Assembly: GCA_041752695.1 (NCBI GenBank)
Contig: JBGSVZ010000016.1
Coordinates: forward strand, 1-64,000
Direction of reading: 5' to 3'
Length of the DNA: 64,000 nucleotides
Source of the DNA: Terrimicrobiaceae bacterium
GTDB lineage: Bacteria > Verrucomicrobiota > Verrucomicrobiia > Chthoniobacterales > Terrimicrobiaceae
This document shows positions 44,326 to 53,822 of this stretch, one piece after another; the first letter of the stretch is position 1; the number at the start of each line of letters is the position of its first letter. Under the pieces are notes generated by a model. That model was not told where the DNA came from, searched no databases, and saw only the letters and a list, made by a program, of their open reading frames with translations. The position numbers were made by a program, and so were the translations under genes.

Positions 44326-45336
44326 TCAGGCGGCGCTGAGTTTTTGTAAAGCCCGGAGAGGTTCGGTGCCGCGCCCGGAGTCGAGGGTCGCGGTGGCCAG
44401 GTCCAGACCCGCTCGAGGCGAAGCGGCGACTCCGGCCACTGTCAGGGCGCAGGCCGTGTTGAGGGCGACGATGTCGCGTTTGGGGCCAGGGAGTTTCCCG
44501 CTGAGAAGGTTTTCGATGGTGTGGGCATTTTCGGCGGCGTCCCCGCCCCGGAGATCCTCCAGGGTGGCGGGGCAGAGCCCGAAGTCTGACGGGTCGAGGA
44601 CGGTCTGGCTGAACGAGCCATCCTGCACGGCGTGGATGAGGGAGGGGCCCAGGGTAGAGATTTCATCGAGGCCGCCTGCGCCATGGACGGCCCACGCCCT
44701 GCGGCGGCCGAGCAAAGCGAAGGTTTCCGCGTAGGCTGAGAGCAGGGATTTGTGAAAAACCCCCGACAGTTGAAAATCCGGGCGAGCCGGGTTGAGCAGC
44801 GGCCCGAGCATGTTGAAGATGCTGGCGCTTCCTTCCTCGGCCAGGGCCTTGCGCACGGGTGCGACGGCTTTGAAGGAGGGATGGTAGAGGGGGGCGAAGA
44901 GAAAACAACACCCGGCCGCTTCGAGCGCGCCGGCAGGAGGCAGGTCAAGGCGGATGCCCAGCGCTTCGAGCACGTCGGCTCCGCCGCATTTCGAGGTGAT
45001 GCCCCGGTTTCCGTGTTTCACCACCCGGGCCCCGCACGCTGCGGAAAGAAACATCACCGCGGTGGAAACGTTGAACAATCCGGCCTTGTCGCCGCCCGTG
45101 CCACAGACGTCGAGCATCCCGGGGCCGAGCGAGGGTTGCACCGCGCGCGCCAGCAAGGCGTGCACGAATTCGGCAATTTCGGCGGGAGTCTCGCCTTTGC
45201 GGTGAAGGGCCCGGAGGAAATCCGCGCGTTCGGCGAGCGGGACCGATTCCTCCAAGAGGGCCTCGCAGGCCACGGCGATGTCCGGGGCGGAGAGATCCGT
45301 GGAAGCGCGGAGTTTTTCAGTGAGAGCGGTGAGCAC
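44326..45336 (-). CDS. trpD: Anthranilate phosphoribosyltransferase
   Basis: KGET, DVCGTGGD, FNVST, KHGNR, FNMLGPLLNP, GLDE. GTG start assumed. Confidence 0.95.
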   Translation of the reverse strand: MLTALTEKLRASTDLSAPDIAVACEALLEESVPLAERADFLRALHRKGETPAEIAEFVHALLARAVQPSLGPGMLDVCGTGGDKAGLFNVSTAVMFLSAACGARVVKHGNRGITSKCGGADVLEALGIRLDLPPAGALEAAGCCFLFAPLYHPSFKAVAPVRKALAEEGSASIFNMLGPLLNPARPDFQLSGVFHKSLLSAYAETFALLGRRRAWAVHGAGGLDEISTLGPSLIHAVQDGSFSQTVLDPSDFGLCPATLEDLRGGDAAENAHTIENLLSGKLPGPKRDIVALNTACALTVAGVAASPRAGLDLATATLDSGRGTEPLRALQKLSAA

Positions 45337-45338
45337 GA

Positions 45339-46220
45339 TCAGAGAAGAATGAGAAGGATCGCGCCAAAGAGCAAGATCGCGCCAAGGAGGCGTCGGGTCA
45401 TCACTCCACGGCCCGCCTCCAGATCGCGCAACCCCAGCAGGTGGCCCCCTGTCCAGGCCGCCACGACGCTCCAGATGCTTCGTGAACTGTAAATCACGTT
45501 TGCCATGGTGGCGTCCCTGGTCCAGATGAGGGAAAAAAAGAAGCAGAGAATCTGCGCTCCAAACAAAACGGCTCCCCACCATAAGGACCGGCGGGCGACG
45601 GGAGGCGCGAGGAAGGCGGCCGGGTCCTTCCAGCCATAAAACATCACGGATAACAGCCCTGCCGTCGCGAACATCACCGGAGGAAAAGCGGGGCGATCAA
45701 AAGTTTGTCCCCAATTTTGAATGAGCACATCAGCCAGAGAATAAAGGGCCGCGCCGACGAGCGAGACGGTCACCGTGAGCCCGACCGCGCGGCCGGGGCG
45801 TTGTTTTCCACTGGCAATGAGGGCGATGGCGGCAGAGGCCGCGAGGGCGGCGAGCCAGAGCCGGGCACTCACCGGTGCCTGGAAAACCAGCACATTAATC
45901 ACCGTGACGAATAGAATTTTGGTGCCAAGCAACGGAGTGGCCAGGGAAACGTCGCCACGGCTGAGCGCGGTGAAGGTGCAGAACTGGCCGAGGAAAAAGA
46001 TGCCGCCGCAAAGCAGGGGCTGCCAGAGGGGAGCGTTGGGAATTTCCGGCCGGTCGAGGATCCAGAGCGGCTGGACGATGAGGCCCATTCCGACATTGAC
46101 CGCGACATTGACTTGCGCGGCGGAGGCCCCGCGCTCCAGCGCACTTTTCAGGAAAAGAGAAGCCGCCGTGTAGAGGAGGGCGGCGAGGAAAGCGAAGGCT
46201 GCGCCGTGCGCGATAGTCAC
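45339..46220 (-). CDS. DMT/EamA-family transporter
   Basis: About 10 TM helices, ALSRGDVSLATPLLGTK. GTG start assumed. Confidence 0.8.
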   Translation of the reverse strand: MTIAHGAAFAFLAALLYTAASLFLKSALERGASAAQVNVAVNVGMGLIVQPLWILDRPEIPNAPLWQPLLCGGIFFLGQFCTFTALSRGDVSLATPLLGTKILFVTVINVLVFQAPVSARLWLAALAASAAIALIASGKQRPGRAVGLTVTVSLVGAALYSLADVLIQNWGQTFDRPAFPPVMFATAGLLSVMFYGWKDPAAFLAPPVARRSLWWGAVLFGAQILCFFFSLIWTRDATMANVIYSSRSIWSVVAAWTGGHLLGLRDLEAGRGVMTRRLLGAILLFGAILLILL

Positions 46221-46221
46221 A

Positions 46222-46893
46222 TCAGGCGCGGGCAAGGAGGTCGCGGAGATCCGGCGCACTCCATTGGCCTGGCACCTGGGGTTCTGCCAGCCAGCCGTAG
46301 TTGAGGACAGAACCGGCCCGGGCGAAAAGCAGGCGCGAGGCTCGGCCGAGGGTTCCCATACCCATGACGGCGAGAGGACCCTGCGCTTCGGCCTGCAGGA
46401 TGAGCAGGCGGGCGACATCGGCGGGCTTTTCAGTTTTCGCGGCAATTTTCACCACGTCGGCCCCGCCTTCGCGCGCCCGATTGGACCAGACGCGCAGGCG
46501 GGAAAGGGGAGGGGTGACCTCAAAATCGTGGAAGGAGACGATGACGGTCTTTTTGGCCCGGTGGGCTGCTTTGATGAGTTCGTCGAAGGCCCGCAGTGAG
46601 CGGCCTTCGATATCCACCGCGGCGGCGGCGGGAAGGAGTTCGAGATACAGACCAAGGCGTTCCGCATCGGAGATTTGGAGACTGCCTCCCTCGTCGAAAC
46701 GGCGGACCGTGAGGATGACCGGCAGGGGGAGGGCGGACATTTGGTCGCAGGAAGGGGGTTGGGGAAGCATATCGGCGCGCACTTCGACGGCGTCGAGGGG
46801 GGATTTGCCAGCCGCGGCGAAACCGGCGGTGGTGTGGATGACCCCGACAATGTTCGGTTTGTTGAGCGGAATTCGCCTTTGCTTTTGACGCAT
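46222..46893 (-). CDS. aroD: Type I 3-dehydroquinate dehydratase
   Basis: VEVRAD, TVRRFDEGG, VDIE, SFHDF, VVKIA, MGTLGRASRL, PGQ. Confidence 0.92.
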   Translation of the reverse strand: MRQKQRRIPLNKPNIVGVIHTTAGFAAAGKSPLDAVEVRADMLPQPPSCDQMSALPLPVILTVRRFDEGGSLQISDAERLGLYLELLPAAAAVDIEGRSLRAFDELIKAAHRAKKTVIVSFHDFEVTPPLSRLRVWSNRAREGGADVVKIAAKTEKPADVARLLILQAEAQGPLAVMGMGTLGRASRLLFARAGSVLNYGWLAEPQVPGQWSAPDLRDLLARA

Positions 46894-46942
46894 AACGGGA
46901 GAGTAAATAGAAGGTGTCCGGCCGGAAGGCCAGTCGGTATAT

Positions 46943-48334
46943 ATGATTGCGCGCCAACAAGAAATACGTCTTCAACTCAACCAATTGATTGATGCGCTTC
47001 TTTTGGGCGTGGTCTTCTGGCTTTGCTATACGGTGAGGCATTCCAACCTGTTGGTGATGGACTCGCTGACGGAGATTCCGGGCTTCGAGTATTTTCTCTG
47101 GATGCTGGCGGTCATTATGCCGTTTGGGCCGTTTTTGCTCGAATTGCAGGGTTACTATTCCCATCCGCTGGAGAAGACGGTCGTAAAATCGCTCCACCAA
47201 ATCGCGCGGGCGGGAATCTGGCTGGGGCTGATCATTGGGGGAGCGGTGATTTTCCTGCGCCTTTCGGTACCAAGCCGTTCGGTGCTGATCCTGTTTTGCC
47301 TCGCGGCGCCTGCGGCGTTGATTTTCAAAGAGCGGGTTTATGCGTGGCACCGGATGTTGCGGTTAAAACAGGGCGAATCGGGCGAACGCATCATCCTCGC
47401 CGGAGAGCAGGAGCGGATGCGCGAAATTGTCCGCACCCTGACGGTGACCCAGCGTCTGGAGATCAATGTTGCCGAGCGGGTGGACCTGGAGGTCTGTGAT
47501 GTCGGGGAGTTGGTGAAAGCCATTCACCGCCAGAGCGTGGGGCGGGTCATTCTCGCGTTTAGCCGGCTCGAGATGGAAAAAGTCCAGCGCGCCATCGAAG
47601 CGTGCGAGGTCGAGGGCGTGGAGGCCTGGTTGAGCGCGGATTTTATCCGGACCTCCGTGGCGCGCCCGACCTATGAAAGTCTGGGAGGCCGTCCGATGCT
47701 GGTTTTCCGGGCGACGCCTGACCTCTCCTGGGCTTTGCTCGTCAAAAATCTCATCGACCGGACCGGGGCACTGCTTGGACTGGTGGTGCTGTCGCCTCTT
47801 TTTGTGGTGCTGGCCATTGCGGTGCGGGTGGGCTCTCCGGGGCCAGTCATCTTTTGCCAGCGTCGCGCGGGCGTTCACGGCCGGCCATTCACCATGTTGA
47901 AGTTCCGCACGATGTCGGTGGATGCGGAGGAGCGACATGCGGAACTGCGGGCGCAGAACGAAATGAGTGGACCGGTTTTTAAAGTCCAGAACGACCCCCG
48001 CATCACCAAGGCCGGCCGCTGGCTGCGCAAGACCAGTCTGGATGAATTGCCCCAACTCGTGAATGTGCTTCTCGGCCACATGAGTCTGGTGGGCCCACGC
48101 CCGCTGCCGCTCTACGAGGTGGAGAATTTTCAAGCCGCCGCGCACCGGCGGCGGCTCAGCATGAAACCCGGCCTCACCTGTCTCTGGCAGATCCGCGGAC
48201 GCAATAATGTCACAAACTTCGACGACTGGGTACGGATGGATCTGGAATACATCGACAATTGGTCGCTGACGCTGGATTTAAAGATCCTGGTCCAGACCAT
48301 TCCGGTCGTGCTACTGGGTGCCGGAGCGAAATAA
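46943..48334 (+). CDS. Polyprenyl-phosphate glycosylphosphotransferase (WcaJ/WbaP-like)
   Basis: N-terminal TMs, KFRTM, NDPRIT, LRKTSLDELPQLVNVL, SLVGPRP, KPGLTCLWQ. Confidence 0.95.
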   Translation: MIARQQEIRLQLNQLIDALLLGVVFWLCYTVRHSNLLVMDSLTEIPGFEYFLWMLAVIMPFGPFLLELQGYYSHPLEKTVVKSLHQIARAGIWLGLIIGGAVIFLRLSVPSRSVLILFCLAAPAALIFKERVYAWHRMLRLKQGESGERIILAGEQERMREIVRTLTVTQRLEINVAERVDLEVCDVGELVKAIHRQSVGRVILAFSRLEMEKVQRAIEACEVEGVEAWLSADFIRTSVARPTYESLGGRPMLVFRATPDLSWALLVKNLIDRTGALLGLVVLSPLFVVLAIAVRVGSPGPVIFCQRRAGVHGRPFTMLKFRTMSVDAEERHAELRAQNEMSGPVFKVQNDPRITKAGRWLRKTSLDELPQLVNVLLGHMSLVGPRPLPLYEVENFQAAAHRRRLSMKPGLTCLWQIRGRNNVTNFDDWVRMDLEYIDNWSLTLDLKILVQTIPVVLLGAGAK

Positions 48335-48408
48335 CGATGCGCGGGGCGGGCAGATGCCGCTTTTTCGTGCTGGTCAAAAGCGCCTTACGCCGATAATCAG
48401 ACCGCCCG

Positions 48409-49362
48409 ATGTCTCACTCTTCCGGACCCATCACAAGCGTCGTCACTGGCGGCGCAGGATTTCTAGGCTCTCACCTGACGGACCGTCTCCTCCTGGAGGG
48501 GCATCGTGTGATCGCGATTGATGATTTGATCACGGGTAACGTGGCGAACATCGAGCACCTTGCCGGCAACAAGAACTACAAGTTCATCAATCACGACGTC
48601 ACGAACTACATCTTCATTCCTGGGGATGTGCATTACGTGTGGCATTTCGCCAGCCCGGCCAGCCCGATTGATTACCTCAACTATCCCATCCCCACCCTCA
48701 AGGTTGGTTCGCTCGGCACCCACAACAGCCTCGGGCTGGCCAAGGCGAAAGGGGCAGCTTTCCTGCTCGCTTCGACCTCGGAATGTTACGGAGACCCACT
48801 GATTCATCCGCAAACCGAGGATTACTGGGGCAACGTGAATCCCATCGGGCCGCGCGGTGTGTATGACGAAGCCAAACGTTTCGCCGAGGCCATCACCATG
48901 GCCTACCATCGCTTTCACAATGTCAATACGAAGATCGTGCGGATCTTCAATACCTACGGTCCGCGCATGCGGCTCAACGACGGCCGGGTGGTGCCCGCCT
49001 TCATCGGGCAGGCTCTGTCCGGACAGGCCCTCACCATTTTCGGCGACGGCTCGCAAACGCGCAGCTTCTGCTACGTTTCCGATCTGATTGACGGCATCTT
49101 CCGCTTAATGATGAGCGACTACCATAATCCGGTGAACATCGGAAACCCGCGGGAGATGACCATCCGGCAGTTCGCCGAGGAAATCATCCGCATTCTTGGC
49201 ACCTCCTCCAAGATCGAGCATCGTCCTCTTCCGGTGGATGACCCAAAGGTGCGCCAGCCCGACATCACGAGGGCCCGGGAGATCCTGGGATGGGAGCCGA
49301 AAGTGGACTTCGATCAGGGCATCCGCACCACCATCGATTTCTTCAAGCCCCACGTGCGGTAA
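48409..49362 (+). CDS. UDP-glucuronate decarboxylase (UDP-xylose synthase family SDR)
   Basis: [55 protein letters not shown]. Confidence 0.93.
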   Translation: MSHSSGPITSVVTGGAGFLGSHLTDRLLLEGHRVIAIDDLITGNVANIEHLAGNKNYKFINHDVTNYIFIPGDVHYVWHFASPASPIDYLNYPIPTLKVGSLGTHNSLGLAKAKGAAFLLASTSECYGDPLIHPQTEDYWGNVNPIGPRGVYDEAKRFAEAITMAYHRFHNVNTKIVRIFNTYGPRMRLNDGRVVPAFIGQALSGQALTIFGDGSQTRSFCYVSDLIDGIFRLMMSDYHNPVNIGNPREMTIRQFAEEIIRILGTSSKIEHRPLPVDDPKVRQPDITRAREILGWEPKVDFDQGIRTTIDFFKPHVR

Positions 49363-49377
49363 AACGGCTTTTCTTTG

Positions 49378-49406
49378 TTTACTCCCTTAACTAATTCGCG
49401 TATTCT
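49378..49406 (+). promoter_or_regulatory. Candidate sigma70 promoter of the pilus-like operon
   Basis: TTTACT-N17-TATTCT, 9 nt before ATG 49416. Confidence 0.5.
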
Positions 49407-49415
49407 GTTCCCTTC

Positions 49416-50045
49416 ATGTCTCCCTTGAAACTCCTCCCCGCGGCCGTTTTCACTGTCCTCCTGGCGACGAGCCTTCCGAGTCCTGCACAACAGCCGAATA
49501 CGGAATTCAAGATTACGAAAATCGAGCCAAACTTGCTCGAATCGCCTACCTACAGCGGTGTCCGGTATGACAAGCGGGGGGCGAAAGCGGGTTCCTGGTT
49601 GGAGGTGGAGGTCACTTTTGACTGGCAGCCCCGGTTGAAGGAACCGAAATACACGGAGGAATTGACGGCCAACTTTTACATTCTCCTCACCAATGTGAGC
49701 CAACAATTCCCGAAGGGCGCTCTCCTCGTCGGCTCGGTGAATCTCATGAGCATTCCTCAGGGCAAAGACCTGCATACGGTTGTTTACGTGAGTCCGCGGA
49801 CCTTGGAGCGATTTTTTGACGGGAAAGCGCCCGGCACGGCGGCCGCCGCGGTCAATGATATCGGGGTGACTTTGAGCAAACAGGGCCAGGTGGTGGCCAC
49901 AACGAGTATGAAGAGCAAAACGGGCGAATGGTGGCCTTCCTTCCAACAGACGCCTGGATACGTTCTCAACAAAAACGAGACCCCGTTCGCCCCCCTCGCT
50001 TGGGATTATTACGAGGCGATCAAACCGAAAGGTCCGGGCCTCTAA
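49416..50045 (+). CDS. Amuc_1102-like secreted pilus-system protein
   Basis: Signal peptide, WLEVEV, and C-terminal LNKNETPFAPLAWDYYE. Sits directly upstream of the PilM-like gene. Confidence 0.75.
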   Translation: MSPLKLLPAAVFTVLLATSLPSPAQQPNTEFKITKIEPNLLESPTYSGVRYDKRGAKAGSWLEVEVTFDWQPRLKEPKYTEELTANFYILLTNVSQQFPKGALLVGSVNLMSIPQGKDLHTVVYVSPRTLERFFDGKAPGTAAAAVNDIGVTLSKQGQVVATTSMKSKTGEWWPSFQQTPGYVLNKNETPFAPLAWDYYEAIKPKGPGL

Positions 50046-50084
50046 CCTCCAGGAGATCGGAAAAAAGTCCTTACCAGCTAGCTC

Positions 50085-51869
50085 ATGGCCGCGCCTACTC
50101 GCATCGTTTCGCTCAATCTTGGCATGCAAACCGTCACGTTGGCGGAATTTCATGTCAGGCCGGACGGGGGGATCACTCTCAATGCCTGCAAACAGGAGGA
50201 ACTGATCGTCGACCCGGCTGCCGACGTGACCCGCCCGGCGCAAGTCGAGTCCGCGGTGGAAAATCTTCGGAAAGATCTCAAGCTGCCGGCCAAGTTGATG
50301 GTCAATTTTTGCCTGCCCTCTCAGGCCGTTTTTGCTCGTTTCGTTAAGCTCCCCGGTTCCTCCCCGGAGGACGTCTCTCAGATCATTGCCTTCGAGGCCC
50401 AGCAGAACGTGCCTTTCCCCATTGATGAGGTCGTTTGGGATTACCAGATCATGGGTGATTCCAAGGACAACATGTGGGATGTAGCCTTGGTCGCCATCAA
50501 AGCGGACCAACTCGGCGAGACAAACGCCTCGGTCAATAAGGGCGGGTTCAAAAGCTCCACCATCGATGTGGCACCCATGGCTCTCTACAACGCCTTCCGC
50601 TACAATTACAGTGAACTGACCGGTTCGTCATTGCTGATTGATATTGGGTCACGCACGACCAATTTGGTTTTTGTGGAAGGTCAGCGCGTCTTCAGCCGAA
50701 GCATTCCCGTTGGGGGCGGCACGATCAGCGCGGCGATCGGTAAGGAGTTTAAGCAGGACGTCACCGTTGGCGAAAAGCTCAAGCTGGAAAAAGGATTTGT
50801 CGGACTCGGGGGAGCCTACGCCGAACCGGATGACCCAACGGAAACGCGGATCTCCAAGATTGTCCGTAATACGATGACTCGCCTCCATGCGGAGATTGCG
50901 CGTTCGATCAGTTTTTACCGGCAAAACCAGGGGGGCAGTGCGCCCGTCCGGGCCTTCCTCTGCGGCGGCACCGCCGGTCTGCCCTACATGCTCGAATTTT
51001 TCAGCGAAAAGCTGCAGATCCCCATTGAACATCTCAATCCTCTGCGCAACGTGACAGTGGCCAACGAGGAGACCGCCTCGTTTGTTGCCGGCAAGGCACA
51101 TGCGCTCGGAGAGGTGGTTGGCGCCGCCCTTCGTGCCCTCAAGCATTGCCCGATGGAGATCAATCTCCGTCCACCCGTCGTGGTGCGCGAACAGGACATC
51201 GCCCGACGCAAACCGTTTTTGATCCTGGCCGCCGCCTGCGTGGTCCTGGCCCCGGCCGCCTGGTGGTTTTATTTCAATCGGGCCACCGCGCTCACCCAGG
51301 AGAACCTGGACGCCGTGAATCGGGATGTCAGTCAGCTTGAGGCGGTTGCCAACCAGTTCAACACCCTTGAGGGCGAAACCAAAAAGCTGGTGGAGTCCGC
51401 CAGTCCCCTTCTTCTGGCGGCGGCCGAGCGTGGAGCTTGGTCGGAAATCATCGATGATTTGGGCTCCCGGCTCCCTAATCGCTACATTTGGATCACGGAG
51501 CTTGTCCCTCTCGTGGACGGGAAAACACCGTATCTCGTCGGAGGTGATTCCCCGAATACGTCGTCGCCTCCGCCGCCATCCGCGGCACCCGCTGCCGGGG
51601 GACCGCCCAAGCCAGGAGCCGCCCCGGCAGGCCCTCCGAAAGTTGACGCACTGCGCATCAGCGGTCTCTACCTCACCAATCCCCCCAATGAGAAAGCGCA
51701 ACTGATGGTGGACGAGTTCGTGAATAACCTCCAAAAATCCTCGGTTTTTAAGATCGAAGAAAAAGACAAGGCCAAGGTGATCGTTGAGCGTCAGACGCCC
51801 GACGGCCAGAAGTGGGCCTACAATTTCACTCTCGTGCTTCCGCTCCGTAACCCCATCGCCCTGCCATGA
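50085..51869 (+). CDS. pilM: PilM-like actin-fold protein fused to a PilN-like TM/periplasmic region (Amuc_1101-like)
   Basis: FEAQQNVPFPIDEVVWDY, LIDIGSRTTN, EIARSISFY, LCGG, then INLRP, a TM helix and a coiled coil. Confidence 0.85.
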   Translation: MAAPTRIVSLNLGMQTVTLAEFHVRPDGGITLNACKQEELIVDPAADVTRPAQVESAVENLRKDLKLPAKLMVNFCLPSQAVFARFVKLPGSSPEDVSQIIAFEAQQNVPFPIDEVVWDYQIMGDSKDNMWDVALVAIKADQLGETNASVNKGGFKSSTIDVAPMALYNAFRYNYSELTGSSLLIDIGSRTTNLVFVEGQRVFSRSIPVGGGTISAAIGKEFKQDVTVGEKLKLEKGFVGLGGAYAEPDDPTETRISKIVRNTMTRLHAEIARSISFYRQNQGGSAPVRAFLCGGTAGLPYMLEFFSEKLQIPIEHLNPLRNVTVANEETASFVAGKAHALGEVVGAALRALKHCPMEINLRPPVVVREQDIARRKPFLILAAACVVLAPAAWWFYFNRATALTQENLDAVNRDVSQLEAVANQFNTLEGETKKLVESASPLLLAAAERGAWSEIIDDLGSRLPNRYIWITELVPLVDGKTPYLVGGDSPNTSSPPPPSAAPAAGGPPKPGAAPAGPPKVDALRISGLYLTNPPNEKAQLMVDEFVNNLQKSSVFKIEEKDKAKVIVERQTPDGQKWAYNFTLVLPLRNPIALP

Positions 51870-52756
51870 ATTGGTTCCGTGAAAATCCCTTCGTCGCCGG
51901 AATAACGGCTTTCACCGTGGTCGCGGCGGGTGCCCTCATCTTTCTCGTCACGCAAGCGATGGCGCAGTACAGCGATGTGTCCGCAGCTTACACCCAAGCG
52001 GTGCAAAAGCTTCAAACCTTGCAAAATCGCTCCCCCTTCCCCAACGCAGAAAATTTGGAGAAGACCAAGGCGCTTGAGACACAGTATAAAAAGGATCTCA
52101 CCGCCCTGCAGGAGCAACTCACCAAGCTTGAAGCGCCGCTGAATCCCGACATCCGGCCCCAGCAGTTCCAGGATGATCTGCGCGCCGCCGTTAATCAGAC
52201 GGTCGAAAAAGCGACCGCCGCTGGTGTGGGTCTTCCGAAGGACTTCTACCTTGGTTTCAGCCAATATATTAACAGCCCTCCGGAAGACCGAGCGGCTCCA
52301 GTTCTTGCCCGCCAGCTTACCGTCATTAGCGAGTTTGTCGGCCACCTCATCGACGTCAAAGTGCAGTCCATCGACAGTCTTTCTCGCCGACCATTGCCGG
52401 AAGAACAACCCGCGGCGCAGAGAAAACCCGGCATTGTCGATCGCTATCTTTTTGATGTCAGCTTCACGGCGGATCAAAGCAAGTTCCGCGTGATCATGAA
52501 CACGATTTTGAAGTCGGAGCGCTTTCTCATCATTCGCGCTCTCAACGTTTCCAATACCAGCCAGGAGGGACCTCCGGTCGTGCAGGAAACGGCAGGTTCG
52601 CCCAGCGGAGCAGAGGTGCCGGGAGTTGCCAGCACGCAAGGAACCGAAGGGACGGGGTCCAACGAACTTAATGTCATTCTAGGCCGCGAACTGGTGAAAG
52701 TCTCCCTGCGCCTTGAGATGATCGACTTCACCCCCGTTCCGGAGGTGAAAAAATAA
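51866..52756 (+). CDS. Amuc_1100-like (PilO-like) pilus-system protein
   Basis: MNWFRENPF plus TM helix, coiled coil, FYLGFSQY and C-terminal ILGRELVKVSLRLEMIDF. Position in the operon matches. Confidence 0.75.
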   Translation: MNWFRENPFVAGITAFTVVAAGALIFLVTQAMAQYSDVSAAYTQAVQKLQTLQNRSPFPNAENLEKTKALETQYKKDLTALQEQLTKLEAPLNPDIRPQQFQDDLRAAVNQTVEKATAAGVGLPKDFYLGFSQYINSPPEDRAAPVLARQLTVISEFVGHLIDVKVQSIDSLSRRPLPEEQPAAQRKPGIVDRYLFDVSFTADQSKFRVIMNTILKSERFLIIRALNVSNTSQEGPPVVQETAGSPSGAEVPGVASTQGTEGTGSNELNVILGRELVKVSLRLEMIDFTPVPEVKK

Positions 52757-52762
52757 TCTGTC

Positions 52763-53698
52763 ATGGATTGGGTGAAACAAAATTACGAGCGTGCCATCCT
52801 TGGCGCATCCGCAGTGGTCCTGCTGGTCTGTAGCGTCCTGGTCATACTGAATGTCCAGAGCTTCCCTGCGATGTTTGAGGGACGGAACAGCTCAAAACCG
52901 AAGGACAACACGATCAAGCCCTATCCGGTGGAGGCACTCACGGCGGCTTCCAGCAGAGTGGCCTCTACGCCAATCTGGAAGGGCCATGATGCCTCCCTGT
53001 TTGTCTCCCTTCCTTACGTGCTTAAGGACGGGCTTCCCATCAATCCGATGGAAAGCCCAGAGCCCCTTCATGAGCCCATCAAGAATTCTTGGCTGATCAA
53101 ATATAACCTGCCTTGGTGGGATCGCGACGTGAAGGAGCAGGATCCCGACGAGGATCGCTTCAATAACATTGATGAGTATACGGCGGGCACTGATCCCAAG
53201 GATAAGGCCTCCGTGCCACCTTACTGGACGAAGCTCCGTCTGAAAAAATTCATTTCGGTGCCGTTCCGTCTCAAATTCACGGGCACCCCCGATGATGGTC
53301 AGACCTTCGCCATCAATCCTCTCGATGGCAATCGCCGCACGCAGATGCTGCCCATCGGCGAGGTTATTGCGGGAACTCCTTATAAAATCATCAGCTACAC
53401 CGCAAAATCGGAGACGGTGAACGAGATCGATCGGGACGTCTCCGAGCTCACGGTGGAAAACACCGAAACCGGAAAGCGTGTTGTCCTCATCCGCGGCCGG
53501 GAGGCGAACGACCCCACCTCTTTTGCAGAGTTTGAGTATCTTTATGACAACTCGGTCTTCAAAGTGAAAAAAGACGACGACTTTACCCTCACACCGGAAA
53601 CGGATCGCCCGTATAAACTCATTGACATCAACGCTAGCGAAGCCCTAATACAAGATCAGAAGTCGAAGGAACAATACAAAATTCCTCCGGTTCAATGA
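52763..53698 (+). CDS. Amuc_1099-like pilus-system protein
   Basis: MDWVKQNYE plus TM helix, and an acidic Ca-binding-like motif DPDEDRFNNIDEYTAGTDPKD. Confidence 0.75.
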   Translation: MDWVKQNYERAILGASAVVLLVCSVLVILNVQSFPAMFEGRNSSKPKDNTIKPYPVEALTAASSRVASTPIWKGHDASLFVSLPYVLKDGLPINPMESPEPLHEPIKNSWLIKYNLPWWDRDVKEQDPDEDRFNNIDEYTAGTDPKDKASVPPYWTKLRLKKFISVPFRLKFTGTPDDGQTFAINPLDGNRRTQMLPIGEVIAGTPYKIISYTAKSETVNEIDRDVSELTVENTETGKRVVLIRGREANDPTSFAEFEYLYDNSVFKVKKDDDFTLTPETDRPYKLIDINASEALIQDQKSKEQYKIPPVQ

Positions 53699-53822
53699 AA
53701 GCCGCTGCCAAGCCTGACCATGCGCGCCTTAACCAACGCGTTTTGCAAGTGGATCGGAGGGATTGCCCTCCGAGCCGGGCGTTTCCCTTTGAAAAATGTT
53801 CCCTAGATAAAGTTGCCTGACC

